Source: Vicugna vicugna (Eukaryota). From it: a stretch of DNA of 64,000 bases. The notes under the pieces are model-generated. The model saw only the letters and a list, made by a program, of their open reading frames with translations, was not told the DNA's origin and searched no databases. Positions 11,416-24,004 of the stretch are shown in pieces (within the stretch, counting starts at the first letter, position 1; each line of letters starts with the position of its first letter). The stretch is from the NCBI GenBank assembly GCA_013265495.1, contig MU057887.1, positions 879,985-943,984 of the forward strand, read 5' to 3'. The position numbers were made by a program, and so were the translations under genes.

Positions 11416-14400
11416 CGGTGCAGATAAACGGGCAGTCCTGGCTTATCTGAGAGACGTTGTATTGCCTCTTTTGAAGCTTTTTTACGGCGAGGGTAGAAAC
11501 TCATTCAAGGCAGCAATTCCCTTATCCCAAGGAGCACAGAGTGCTGAATAAATGTCCTCGCCTGGCGGCCGGGCCTTGGGCTTCCTTGCGTCCCTGCTGC
11601 GCTCCCACTGGGATCTCAGGACCCAGTGACCTCAGGTTGCATCACCCCTAGGCTCGGCCAGCTCTCTTCGCGGTGACCCTGGTGCGAGCTGAGGCACTGA
11701 GGCAGATGTTCATTGAGTTCAGAAGCCTCTCTCTGACGAGGTCCCCCTGCAGCCCAAAGGCTGACGTTGTACAGCGCGGGGCGTCCGCGTGCACGTGGTC
11801 GGTCACATCTCACAGCTCGGGTCTGACTGAAGAGCTGGCTGAGTGGCTGGAGGCCGGGCTCCACGGAGCGTTCGTCAGCAGGGATTTAAAACCTCCCCCA
11901 TCCTGTGTGCACAGGAGCTGCAGCGACTGACACGGGTGTCCCCGCACACAGGTGAGTGCGCGTCCTAGGACTCAGAGGATTACGCGGGGACAGAAGAGTG
12001 AGCAGGGGCACGAGGGAGGGAGGGTCATGGGGAGAAGGGACCCCCGACAGGACAGGCCCTCAGGGGGTGACTCCTGCTCCGTGCAGTGAGCGTCCGCTGC
12101 GCGCCAGGCGTGTGTCAGGCTCTCTGCTGCACACGTTACGTGCAGTGGCTCATTCAGAGTCTCCAAAGTGACACTGGAGTCCTGCCCCACATACAGATGG
12201 AACCACTTGGTGGCCGGGAGCCCCTTTAGTGTGGTTGAAGTCAGAAGTGGCGGTGGTGGCTTCTGATCCTGAAACCTGTTGTGTGGGGCGGATGCCTACT
12301 GACTGCCACGCACCACGCTGTGCTTTTAAGTGGTGAGAAAAATCGATTCCAGAATGTGTAATGGACAAAATTAGTTTCTTAGCTGGAGGATCCTTCACCA
12401 CAAGCCCCACAGATGTGAGGCACCTGCGCACACGGTCCTCGCCCGGCCACAGCATCTTGGGAGTGGGGAGCGTGGTGACGTGTGGCCCGGGAGCAGGGTG
12501 TCGTCTTCCCGGCTGGCACCGCCAGCCTGACAGGCTCAGCTGGGGTCTGGGAGCTCGTGCCCAGCCAGGGTCCAGACCGAGGACGTGGCTCCGTGGTTCT
12601 CTGTCCACGTGACGACCCCGAGGAGACGGGGAAGATGGAAAGATGGCTCAGGCTTCCTGGAGGGGAGGAGGCCTTAAAGTTGTGACTCCCTGGTCTCTCC
12701 CTTTAAACAGTCAGTTTATGGAAGTAAGTGGTGCACACCAAGGACAGTGAATGTAGCCTTTGTTTCAGAATCATTAAGAGACAGTTTGGGCTATCCACAG
12801 AGATAAGGTTTCTCTGGTTGACACGCGTGTGTTACGGTATTTCTGTCAGAATTCAGCAGTGCTTCACTGGGCCTTTGATGTTCCAGTTCCCCAGGGATTT
12901 CAAGGCCGAAAGGCAGCCTCAGCTGTCAAAGCCATGGTGCTTCTGGGGTGACTTTCCCTCGAAAAAGAGCAAAACTCTGCTCCTTCTTGTGACACTACCT
13001 GTGCTCGAGTATCATGTTACGTTCTTCAGAATGTGACTTGTCATGTACAGATTTGACAATTTCTTTTTTCCCCACCCTCTTCTATTAGCTTTTTTTTTTC
13101 AACTGAGTTCAGTTAACAGCTGTTAATTGGCAAATGAGAGAGTCCACGTCCACTGACTTGTAGATACTGCTATGATGTATTACAAAGCCTGGAACAGCAC
13201 ATACTGACATGACATTGAGACACTTGAACCACAGATGTGCCCTCGTATTAAAATGCAAAAATGCGGAGGGAAATCAGATCCCAGACAGACCAGCAATTTG
13301 GAGGAGGTGGGGGGGCCTGAGTGGGTGGTTTGTGGTGGTGACTGAACACACGATGGTGTTTAGCGTCATGCACGAGGCCGCATACAGGATCTGCGGGATG
13401 GAGACCTCAGCTCTGAGTTTCTGAATGAGAAGGGAGTGTGGTTCCACTGGACGATGGAAAGGCAGGCTGAGAACAGAAGATGATTGTAGCAGACCAGGCA
13501 GAGGGAGAATGGAGTTCACAGTGCAGTGGGGTTTCTCCTGGCATTTGGAGATGGAGTAACCGATGTGGCAGAGATGGGTGGCACTTTGCAGAGGAAGATT
13601 GACATTACTTTTCAGGTTTATTTCCTCCACAAGGACCTTTCTTGTCCGCCCTCCCTCGCTGTTCCGTCTCCATAGGTAAGCTGCCACCCTCGCGCTGCTG
13701 CCCACAGCCCAGTGCCTCCTTGGCCCTGGAGCTGTGAGCTCTTCCTCTCGCACCATCCTCGCTCACATGCCCTCTTGGGCGAGTCCCTCCTCCAGAGCAG
13801 GGGCCTCGTGGAGCCCAGGGTTCCCTGGGCAGCAGGTGGGGAAATGCCCTTTTCTAACCCTTGCAGAGCGGAGCAGAGGCTGGTTCAGACTCCCGCAGAC
13901 GGGGCAGGAGAACCGGCCCACCGGGAGCAGGGCCCGGCCGTGCACGGTCTCCACCCTGCGTGGCTGGGAGTGAGGCCAGACCTGTCATCTCAGCAGAAGG
14001 GGAGCCATCCTTCTTCCCATGTCACCTTCCGGGCCTCTTTCATCTTTGGCTGACGGAAGCTGGCATGTGTTGGAGTGTTTTGATCGTCAGCAGTGGAAAG
14101 CGTCTTCAGGACAGTTTTAAAACTGAACTGCTGCTTCGCACTCTGAAGAATTCCGCAGCTTTACCGTGGTCTCAGAAGATACTGGTTTAGACATGGAAGT
14201 CATTTACTAAGCACCCTCACCTGGAGGAGAGTCTTGTCGTGACGTGGCGGGTAATTACGTGGTTTTGCGGAAGCCTCCTGAGTTAGGCCTGCCTGCCAGG
14301 GACCAGCTTGTCCGAGGTTTGTGGTGCGCGCGCTGTGCCCCTCTGAGCGGCAGGCGGTGCATACTCCCTGCCCATCAATGGGTTTGTCGTCTAAAAATGA

Positions 14401-14702
14401 TTTTTCAAAGTATCCTGGGAGCAAAAATTAAATATAGGTATTATATATGGTCCCCACATTCGTTACATGTACATTGCATATGTGATGTGAAATGTAGATG
14501 CATACATTGCACCTCTGCAGATGTACTGTGTGTTAAAGCACCATGTGTAGACGTTACACACACAGTTTACGTATATACACGCAAGTCAGTAAAGTCTTTT
14601 CACAGTTTAATTGTTTTAATTTAAATAGTATATGGTTTTCAGTGCCAGTACTTTTTAAAGTTCATTCAGCGAACATTTCTTGGTTCCTTCCATGTTCTAG
14701 GC

Positions 14703-15033
14703 CAGAGTCTGGCAAACCTTTTCTGAGGGGGGTTAAATTTAGTAAATACTTTTAGCTTTGCCAGCCCTCCTGTCCCTGCCACGACTCTCCAGCTCAGCCC
14801 CTGCAGCGGGAAGGCGGACGCAGACAGTTGACAGGTGCATGAGCGAGGCTGTGTGCCAATAAAACTTTCATTTATTGTAGATTCTGGTCTGAATTTCAGA
14901 TAATTTTCATGTGTCACGAATTAGTGTTCTTCTTTGATTCTGCCCCCCCCACACACACCCAGTGATTTAAAAATAAAAACCATTTTCAACTCGCAGCCAT
15001 GCAAAGACACGGGCCATAATTTGCCAGCCCACG
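14703..15033 (+). mobile_element. MER58-type hAT-Charlie non-autonomous DNA transposon
   Basis: Degenerate terminal inverted repeats 'cagagtctggcaaac' and 'tttgccagcccacg'. Internal 'ggctgtgtgccaataaaacttt' and 'tgaatttcagataattttcatgtgtcacgaa' are typical of MER58B. Insertion site is ttctag-like. Confidence 0.8.
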
Positions 15034-16896
15034 TTCTCAGGAGTCTTCTCGCCGTAGAGCAGTGACCAGGACAGAGTCCTCGCCGTCCCTGGGCCTGCGT
15101 CCTAGCAGCCTGGAGGGCTTCAGGCGGCGCTGCTTGTGTGCCTGAAAGCACGTCCGGTTGGATGGACTCTCAGCAGGCAGCTCCAGTTTTCAAATTTTAA
15201 GTCAGCTGACTTGACTTTCAAAGTGAGTTTGGCACAGGAATCTGCTGGTTAGTCATACTGTCGTGAGACTCCTTCCTCCGGGCCGTGCCACCTCCCAGCC
15301 TCCATCCTTCTGCCCCGCCTTGTCTCATCCCCTAAGGGGCACAAGGCTGCAGGGACCTGGGGCTCTTCGAGTCCCGGTGCACGGCTGACACACACACACA
15401 CCCAAGTGTTGTGTCCAGGAGCTGGCCGGACTGCCCAGCGCTCACCCTGGTGCAGATGGCAGGGTTCTTTGAAGGCGGTTTTACAACAGACAGGCTCATG
15501 CTTTCTGTTTGTAGTCGCTATGGAAACTTCAGAAGCTCCCTTTCTACAGCTAAGCAGACAATACAGCACTTCAAGTGCTGGTGGGATTACGGACTTTAGA
15601 AGATGTTTGATTTTCTCTCCTACTCTTTCTTCCCTCCTGTCTCTTTAGAGAGGGAACAAGAGGGCGCTGTGAATATTAACTGGGACTCGCTTTAATCTCC
15701 CCTGTGACACGGAGGGCTGTCGCGATCCACGGCCGCCCGGGCTCAGCCCTTCACGGCCCCCTAACGAGGTGACTCATGCATATTCATGAGCCAGGCTTGA
15801 GCGTTAGACACAGTTCGCAGGGGCTGCGTTTCGGTGCTTCTCTTTTCTACGCAAATGTTATGAAGGGAACAACTATTAAAATTCAGGTTTGTGATTATTA
15901 TTAAGTCCGAGGCCCTAGATGGTGGTGCTAGAATGTTCTCACTGGAAATAGAGGCAAAGGGGCGGGCCTTTGTGTGGTGTTAATTTGTAGACAGATGGTG
16001 CAAACCCCAGAATGCCGGTGCTCACTGAGGGTGGGGACGTGGGGCAGACCTTCCCTGTCTGCCCCAGAAAGGCGTGTGTGGCAGCGTGCGGGATTCTGAC
16101 TTGGTGAGCTGCTCCTTAAAGAGCAGGTACGACTCATTCCACCTACAGAAGAATGTGAAACACACGTTGAAGTGAAAAACATCGAGGGGCTCACTGTCAT
16201 TCGTTCCTTATTTCCGATCTTCAGAGCGTTGACCCGTCGAGTGGCCACACTCCGCCCGGCCCCAGGCCCCCCTCGTGCACACCCTTCTGCCCTCTGAGTA
16301 CCAGTTTGGGAAGAAGACGGCAGTGCCTTCCCTGCTTTGGGCTTCAGTGCTGCTTCTGTTAGGCTGTCCACGTGGTGGCCGTGCCGGAACCAGCCTGCTC
16401 CTCGTGAAGCCCTCGGCTGTCCGTTTTGTTCCTGAAGTCGTGCGGGCCCAGCTGGGAGCAGCACCCTGGCGCGGGGCGGTTCCTGGGCGCCCGTGGGTCT
16501 GCCCGTCAGGAGGACTGTCCTGTAGTTCATTCTCTGTGCTCCTCTTTGCCTACATGTAAAACGGGGGTGTGTGCATTTCTCTACAGAAGTGAGCTCCCGA
16601 ACGCTTTCAGGGTGAAGCACTGTTAAAATGCCGTAGCAGTGTTTTCGCAGAATCTGCGAGCTGTTTCTCCTAGAGGGACATGATTAAATCCACCCTTTCA
16701 TCCGCCCGCAGGGGAGTTGATTGTCCTGGGGTTTGTCGTCATGGACAGCACAGCCCAGCTTCCTTGCCCGAGTTACACTGCTTCACTTTCATCTAATCTC
16801 TCAACCTCACCAAACCCTGAGTCAGGAAACCACACCAAGAACCAGAAGGAAACGCACAGCCCATGTGAGTTACTGCAGTGCCTCCACGCCCTTCCC

Positions 16897-16940
16897 CGCG
16901 TGTGCGCGCGCACACACACACACACACACTCTCTCTCACA
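16897..16940. repeat. Compound (CG)/(CA)n(CT)n microsatellite
   Basis: cgcgtgtgcgcgcgcacacacacacacacacactctctctcaca read directly. Confidence 0.9.
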
Positions 16941-19702
16941 CTCGGTGAGCAGGAGATGGTGTTCGCTCACTGCTCGGACACCCAGCAGACGTTTCCCAGC
17001 ACCGTGCTTGGAACAGCGGACGGAGAGGTGAGCAGGGCGTCAGACGTGCTTCTGAGGGGTTCTCGGTGCTGGCGAGACAGAGATACAGACAAGTCATCGC
17101 CACAGACGTGTCAGCAAACATGGTGACAGGCCCCTCTGTCAGGAACTAGACTGTGTGCTGGGGGTGGAGAGATGGGGGGTGTGGCCAATAAGCAGGTAGC
17201 TACAGGTGCAGTGTGATGGGGGCCACTGAGAGAGACAATGTTTTGGAAACACGCAGGGAGCGTGCCCGAAGGAAGCTGGTGTCGGGGTGGGGGCAGCCAG
17301 GACCCGCGGGAGGGCTTCCCGGAGAGGGAGCTGGGCTGCGCACCCTGGGCGAGGGCGAAGGGGCCCCCATCAGGGTCTTGTGTGGGGACAGACAGGTGGC
17401 GCCCAGCGTTGTGACATTGTGGGGCCTTCGCAGAGGTCCGGTTTGCCCCATAACTGAAGTGGTCTGACAGTTTGAAGCTCTGGGTGATGGTTCTTTCCTC
17501 CCAGGACACGACGTCTGCAGCCGGCAGTGCCAGCTGGTGTCAGATCCCTCGATCACGGGGCCGGCCAGCCCTCCAGCTCTGAGGAGCTTCCAGTGCATTC
17601 ACAGGAATTCCAGTTTTCTTTCTTTCAGTTACATTTAAGTGAATAACCAGGAAAGCATCAGAAAGAAGCGTTTTGCTCTGTCATGTAACATTGGAGTTAT
17701 TATACACGTGAACTAAAATTCTCCAGTCTTCCACACTTTCTTCCTGAATTTACCCTCCTGTGCTCACTCCTTCAGTCCGTTCTCACCATCACTGGCTCCC
17801 GCTTGGCCGCAGAAAGTGAGGAAGTGAGTTTGTATAATGATGACGTCGTCCAGCCTGAGAAAGTGATGGTAGCGAATGATTCACTGTTCAGAAATTTACT
17901 AATGGGTTGGAAGCTTTGTCGCCTGGAGTCATTATTTTCTGTCCTGTTACAAAGTGGGGGTTTGGTGATTGTGAGAAAGAGGGAGAAATTCAAACGTAGG
18001 TTTTATGCACTGAATATTTATACGGATTCATCTCCAGAGAAGAAACGCAGTCTTACAAAGGACCAGGGCTCGATCAGGAAAGGATGACCGACAAGGTGCG
18101 GGATGAGAACAGTCTCCCGCCACGGGGGCAGCTGGTCGTAGACTCCCGTCCACTGGGCACCCGCGGTTCCACTCTTTGCCCTCTGGAAATGGTGAGTCAT
18201 CTACACTCACAAGTGGCTTTGATGGTGAACCTCCGGAGACCAGGGGTCGTTGGCTGGTCCTCTTCTCTGTGCAGACCTGTGCCCATCCTGGAGGGGCTGG
18301 GGCGGCAGGCCAGTGGCAGCTGGTCCGGGGTGAGCTCGGGGTGCGGTCAGGGAGGCCAGAGCTGGCGTGGACCCGCCCCGCCCCGCCCCCGGGAGCCACC
18401 GAGGCCCCGCGGGGACTGCGGACCAGCTTGGACCGCATCCGGGGAGCTAAGATGCAGCCACCAGAAAACACTTCCTGAGCGCAAAACTGGTGCGTTTTGG
18501 TTGTCTGACTGGAGCGGACAGGCTTCTTTTTCGCTGTTTTCCTTTGAGGCTGTTGAACTAGGGAGACCGTATGACTTGAGGCCTTTCTCTGTGGCTTCCC
18601 GCGTTGAGAGGAGGGAGCCAGAGTGTCCAGGCAGCAGCCTCCCCCGCTGCGCTGGGGTCTCGGCCATGATCAGAGGCGCTGAGCCTTCCCCGGGGGGCCC
18701 GCCTGCTGCCTTCCGGGGGCACAGGTGCCCCAATCCTGACACAGAATTGCCTGCGTGGGGAGGGCTGGTTTTCCTGCTGCCTCCTGTCTGATGACGGGCA
18801 GGAGGCCCCTTGTCACTGGGAGGAGCGTGTGTTCCCCAGTGGGCACGGTGTCGCTCCCTCTGAGCCAGCGGAGGGTGCCAGGCCTGCTGTTCTGGGCGCC
18901 TCCTGTGTCCCCGGAGCCAGCATCCAGCAGTTTTATTCAGTCTTCACAGAATGACGTGCAGCAGCAGTTCAGTGCTTTCACGAGGCGGGCGCAGCTCTTG
19001 GTGACCGCGTGCAAGGCCTCAGAGAGCAAGGCAGTGAGTCCGTCTCTCCGTACGCTGTCCCCCGTCGGCGGTGGAGGACTCGGGGCAGAGCCTGCAGACT
19101 AGGGCGGGGGCACAGCGAGGCGCGGGAGGAAGCGCCCTCCCCGGCACACAGGGACGCAAACCAGACACAGCAAGTCCCTCAGTGGCCGCTGGCTTTGTCC
19201 TTAAAGCGCCGAGTGTGGGGAATTCCATGGTGGCTCCTGGGAAACGATTCTTACAACTGGGCTTCCTCTAAAGGCGATTTTCTTGTCTGATGCTAACCTG
19301 GCATCTCTGTGACTCGTTCTGTAATGCTCTTATCCCTGCCCTGGTGGCTCAGTGACATGCTCTCCTGCACACAGGCTTGTGTTCATAAACTTCAGGTGTG
19401 GCTGCTCTAAGCCTTGGCTTCCTCGTTCGTTCATTCAGTAAATCCTGATTAGGTACCTCTCTCTGCCAGTTGCTGGACACCTCACTCACACACACAGGAC
19501 ATACGTGTGCATATGCGTGTGTTACATCGTTTTCATTATTTCCCACGTTGTGTGCATATTCATAGCACATCCTCAAGAAAGATGTGTTCATGGATTTGCA
19601 GTTTTTAGTGTCGCTGTGCCTTCTGCCCCCTTCTCAGTAAAACTCGTGTGAAAAGTTCCAAACAGGAAAGCATGCTGGCAGATTCCTTCACTCTGGTTCC
19701 AG

Positions 19703-19890
19703 TTCTGACCCAGTGGGTCGTGTACGCCATCCGAAACCTCACAGAGGACAACAGCCAAAACCAAGACCTGATTGCAAAGATGGAGGAGCAGGGGCTGGCA
19801 GACACGTCCCTCCTTAAAAAAATGGGCTTTGAAGTTGAGAAGAGGGGTGACAAGCTGACCCTGAAGCCTACCAGGGACACGCCTCAGCTG
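19703..19890 (+). CDS. ATXN10: Ataxin-10 penultimate coding exon (equivalent to human exon 11), 188 bp
   Basis: Translates (F)LTQWVVYAIRNLTEDNSQNQDLIAKMEEQGLADTSLLKKMGFEVEKRGDKLTLKPTRDTPQL, recognisably the ataxin-10 C-terminus. Acceptor 'ctctggttccag|TT' at 19702/19703 (phase 1). Donor 'CTG|gtgagt' at 19890/19891 (phase 0). Confidence 0.97.
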
Positions 19891-20364
19891 GTGAGTACGC
19901 CGCCGCGCCGAGGGGTCGCTCCCTTTCGGTTTGTGGAAGGTGGTCCCCCCCATCACCTTGGATGTGACGCGGTTCCTTCATGAGAACACGGATGGGATGT
20001 GTTGCCTCCTGAGATGCCAAAAAAAAAAAAGCCCCAAATTTAATTGCAAATAATTTTCTGCTCAAGCTTCATGCTGCTGTTTTCTTGAAAGAGTTGAAAT
20101 TTCATACTCATTCTAGGGGAGAAATAGAAAAAGTATATCAGAATTTTCAACATCTAAAAGCTTCTGATAGAAATTAGGTTTTCTTTAAAAGACAGCTGAT
20201 GTCGACCCCAGTGAAAAGAACAGAAAACTCCTTGTGTTAAGTTGAATGGCTTGTTTCAGTTTTCGCTCTGTTTATACCGCTGACCAAAAATCTCTGCATG
20301 TTTTTTGATGATTCTTGTAAGCAGATCTGTTCCATCTGCCGTTTTGCTTCTTTTTCTTTCCTAG

Positions 20365-20367
20365 TGA
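20365..20367 (+). CDS. ATXN10: ATXN10 last exon coding part: TGA stop codon only
   Basis: Strong polypyrimidine acceptor 'gttttgcttctttttctttcctag|TGA'. A phase-0 join places TGA directly after ...PQL. The following 'atgaactctccatcccaagtcagaatttctggaatctgtttccgtggatttttcatcttc' resembles the mammalian ATXN10 3'UTR start as I recall it. Confidence 0.88.
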   Translation, partial: 

Positions 20368-21258
20368 ATGAACTCTCCATCCCAAGTCAGAATTTCTGGA
20401 ATCTGTTTCCGTGGATTTTTCATCTTCTGCAGTGTGTGAGATTGCAGGTGTTTGAAGCCTTCTTTAGTGCCCGTTCAGGAAGACGTGAATCTTTTAGACA
20501 ATAGCGTTACATGTGTGTAAGCTTAAAAGTGAAGTAACGTGAGTTTTCTGTTGTTTCCTTGCTTTAAAACATAGCCGTCTGGTTTGCCTTCATCCCGTGG
20601 AGGCCGTGTGCATTCAGCGAGGTGTCGCGCTCGCTGTGGCACAGGTGGTGATCCCTCGCGTTAAGCGCACGTCCCTTACTTGGCAAAGACGGCTTGCTGG
20701 GTCCCTCTGCTCCCACCGGAGACCCGGAGTCGGCCCCCTTCCTTCCATTGTTCCCTCCCCGGGGGCCTTCTGGGCTCCGGCCGCAGCTGAAGTATTTTCT
20801 CACTGTGATTAATTCCAGCAATCTCTTTTCAGCCCCTCTGCCTTTCCAAAACATTGACAAGACTCATTTCCAGTTAATTAATTCGAGAGATGCTGAAGAA
20901 TAGAGGTCCTCCCTCTTCGCTTTAGGTCCGGGCTGTGTTGTCACCGAGCCCTGTCCCTTTGGAATGTGGCGGGGAGTGAGCTGGGTGAGGGAGCATGTGG
21001 GCGATTAACTCTTCTCACGCCGAGTCTCCCGACTTAGCCGTCTGCAGACCGTGGAGCTCACGCCGTGCCTGCATCTTACCCACCTGCATGCCCCTCCGGG
21101 GGAGGAATATTCTGTGGTCGTCTCTGCGTGCAGGGCCCAGCGTTACAGGTGCACAGACTTGAGCACCAGTCTCAGAAAGGCATGCCACTCAGTTTTGGCC
21201 AGGGCTTCACGGGAATTACAAAAGGAGCTTTGAAGAGCGAGGGTTAATTTGACCTGGG

Positions 21259-21326
21259 TCTGTCTGTCTTTCTCTCTCTCTCTCCCTTTCTCTCTCTCTC
21301 TACACACACACACACACACACACACT
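21259..21326. repeat. Compound (CT)n(CA)n microsatellite inside the ATXN10 3'UTR
   Basis: tctgtctgtctttctctctctctctccctttctctctctctctacacacacacacacacacacacact read directly. Confidence 0.95.
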
Positions 21327-21645
21327 CAGAGGTGGAACTGGACTGAGCAAGCGCTGACATCTCCGCAACCACCCAGACCATTCATACGGTCAGCCAGGAC
21401 CCTCGTGGAGGCCCTGCTGTGGATGCTTTAAACATTCTCTTCTTGAGCAGCCATGTTACCAGACTAAAACATCTAGTGAGATTTTGCACAATTCCTGGTG
21501 AACTTTCCAAAATAAAAACAGCAGAGACCCCAAACAGAAGTTTTACCGAAACACAGATTGTTCCAGAGTAAAGTGCTTCTGAGTCTTTGTAGCTGTACTT
21601 AGAACAATGGCTTTGTAAAAAACCGCTTCAGCATGTGAAAAATGA

Positions 21646-21651
21646 AATAAA
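21646..21651 (+). terminator. Candidate polyadenylation signal for ATXN10 (alternatives at 21511 and 21979/21983)
   Basis: AATAAA with upstream TGTA elements ('ctttgtagctgtac', 'ctttgtaaaa') and downstream 'gtgtgct...gtgtcctctgtgc'. Confidence 0.6.
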
Positions 21652-23616
21652 GGCTCTGCCGTGTGCTACCCAGTGTCCTCTGTGCGACTGAAGACACGTG
21701 CGCTTCTAGGCTTGTGGTCGTGTGTGAGGCACGTTGATTCGTCCATAAAGAATCCTTTGCAAAATTCAGAATGCACGCAGTCGTTCTCTGGGCCACAATG
21801 AGTTAAAGTGCTGTGCTCTGAGTGGTAGCCTGGCCAAAGGGGGAAAGCAGTGGGAGTCCCTTTTTCCTCTTAACAAGTTTGCAGTAGACGCTTCTTTTTT
21901 CTCCCTCTCTCAATGGATGTATGCACACCAGTGGCATCACACAAACGTGCCGGGCTAAGCCACATAATAACAAACACGAATAAATAAAAGGCGGCCTTGT
22001 GAGAACACAGAATGGGGTGATGGTTATGTGTTTTCTAAATAGGAAATGTGGGGCTTGCACAGTGAAAACATGCTGATGGCGGCATTGTGGCCGCTTTTGA
22101 TGCCTTTGGACAGATTAATTCTGGAGCACAACTGCTCCCCTGTCCTCTGCCAGCGGACTTGGAGCTTCTGAGAACCTTGTTTTACATGCTGCAGAGGATT
22201 AAAGCACCACCTCAATCAGCCATTTAGAAGGAGAATAAAAAAAAGGCAGGCCAGCCTTACAAAGTTTGTAAAGAGACAGAATGGTCACAGCAAGTTTTGT
22301 GACCGTATTACTGCTTTCAAGAGCAGACAGACAAAGTGGTTCACTTTTTTGGTCTCTTTATTTTAAAAGCAGAGAAAGACTTCTGTTTGACATTCAGTCT
22401 GAGTATTTGCAGAATGATGTTTTTGAAAACCTTAACAATGGATGTTATTATTTCAAAAATATTTATTTTCACAATTTGAGTAACAGACTGTTAGAGTTTG
22501 TCCGTATGTCCATATTAATACATCTCGTGGGTTGGTTTTCTTGGGAAGCTAATGCTGGATGCATTTTTGTTCAGTAGCTTCTGCCTCTAACCACCATGCT
22601 TTGGAAAGTGCTAAAAGTTAGCGGCCTTGCAAAATGGAATGTAGAGGGATGACTGAGGTCATTTGGGCTGCCAATTAGTAAACTTTTAATCAAAAAATAA
22701 GATTTTATGTATATTATATCTTGTGTCCATTAATTTCTGAAGGCACTGATGTGCTGCCGTTACGGCAATGCTGGAACTTAAATGCTACTTAAATGGTTTT
22801 ATAGTGTCCTTCAGTTTCTGTTAGTTATATGAGCAATGATCCTATGAATGAGTAAACAGATGTTGGGACAAATGTGGCCTACTCTAAACATACATATTTC
22901 ATCGTCAGTAAGTTCTGCACATAAAAGAATTCATTTATATATGGGAGGCAGTAAAATTAAGACAATTCTGTGGTGCAGAGGAGTGAAAGAAGGAGCTTAA
23001 CATTTAGGATCTACTACAAAACCGGCCCTTGGGAGGAGAAACCCTCTTGGTGCTGTCCAAGGTTCTGACCGCCTCAACTACAGTCGCCTGAATATGGAAA
23101 ATCAATTAAGAACTTTGTTTTTCAAAATTCACATCATTCCCCTTGTGTTTATATGATAGAATATCTCTTTTTTCCTTCCCTACACATTTTAATATGTTTA
23201 TTCGGGTTTTTCAGGTCAAATGTTATTTAGGTGGCACTTTACAATATAAATTTGATTTGCCATCTCTAAGTTACGTGAATTTTAAAGGTAAGCTTTTTCT
23301 GTAAATGTAATGGTTCCGGTGTTAACTCATTCATCAGACTTTCTTCGTCACAACCAAAGACAATTACTGTGTTACTGGAAATGACTTTTTGAAGGTTTTG
23401 ATAATTGTTTATCCTGGCTTATTTGAAACCTTAAGTTAAGCATTAAGTTAAACGTTTCTTCTTACTAAAACAATATAATACACATTCTCCATTTACACAT
23501 GAAATTATGCTTCTGTTACTTCAGTTAAGCAAGAGCCTATGTGGTGTTTTCTAGCGTGGGTATAATTTTTACCACCACTTTTTTTTTTTTTCCTTTTCCC
23601 ACCACTTTGTAAAGCT

Positions 23617-23850
23617 TGTGGTTGGGAGCAGAAGCTCTGAAGTGAGTGCCGGGGTTCCAGGCCCCCCTCTTTCACCTGTGACTCTGGGCAGATTCTGTAA
23701 GTTCTGTGCCTCCATTTCCTCATCACTGAAATGGGGCTTACGAAACCACCAACCTGCAGGAATCCATGAGGATGAAGATAAGTGAATGTATTGGCATGCT
23801 TAGGCTGCGGCCTGACACGTGGTGCATTCACTGAGGCCAGTGCTCACTGC
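23617..23850 (+). mobile_element. MIR SINE, near full length
   Basis: 'tgtgactctgggcag...tctgtgcctccatttcctcatcactgaaatgggg...tgaggatgaagataag' MIR core. Confidence 0.85.
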
Positions 23851-24004
23851 TGCAGCAGGCGCTGTTAAGCCTCCGAGACCTTCATCATGTGTCCAACGGG
23901 AGCGCGTCTGTTGGGGGCGCACAGACACTGCACTGTGCGGGCCCCGTCCCCGCAGCCCTGGGCGTCCAGTAGGCACTCACGAAATGCACTTCACTTCTTT
24001 AGCA

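Larger units (their letters stand above)
20368..21670 (+). other. ATXN10: ATXN10 3'UTR (3' end approximate)
   Basis: Follows the stop codon and extends to the AATAAA at 21646-21651, which is followed by GU-rich sequence. Confidence 0.7.

Noticed and set aside
13113..13126. 14-bp palindrome TTAACAGCTGTTAA
   Set aside because: About 64000/4^7, roughly 4, such palindromes are expected by chance in this window, and there is no other support.
1..19702. SCA10 ATTCT repeat or an additional upstream ATXN10 exon
   Set aside because: No ATTCT array and no match to the preceding exon peptide were seen. Both should be upstream of the window.
19648..19983. ORF-track 111-aa ORF as a standalone gene
   Set aside because: Only 19703-19890 is ATXN10 exon. 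The N-terminal MKSSKQESMLADSFTLVPV and the C-terminal tail are intronic sequence outside canonical AG/GT sites.
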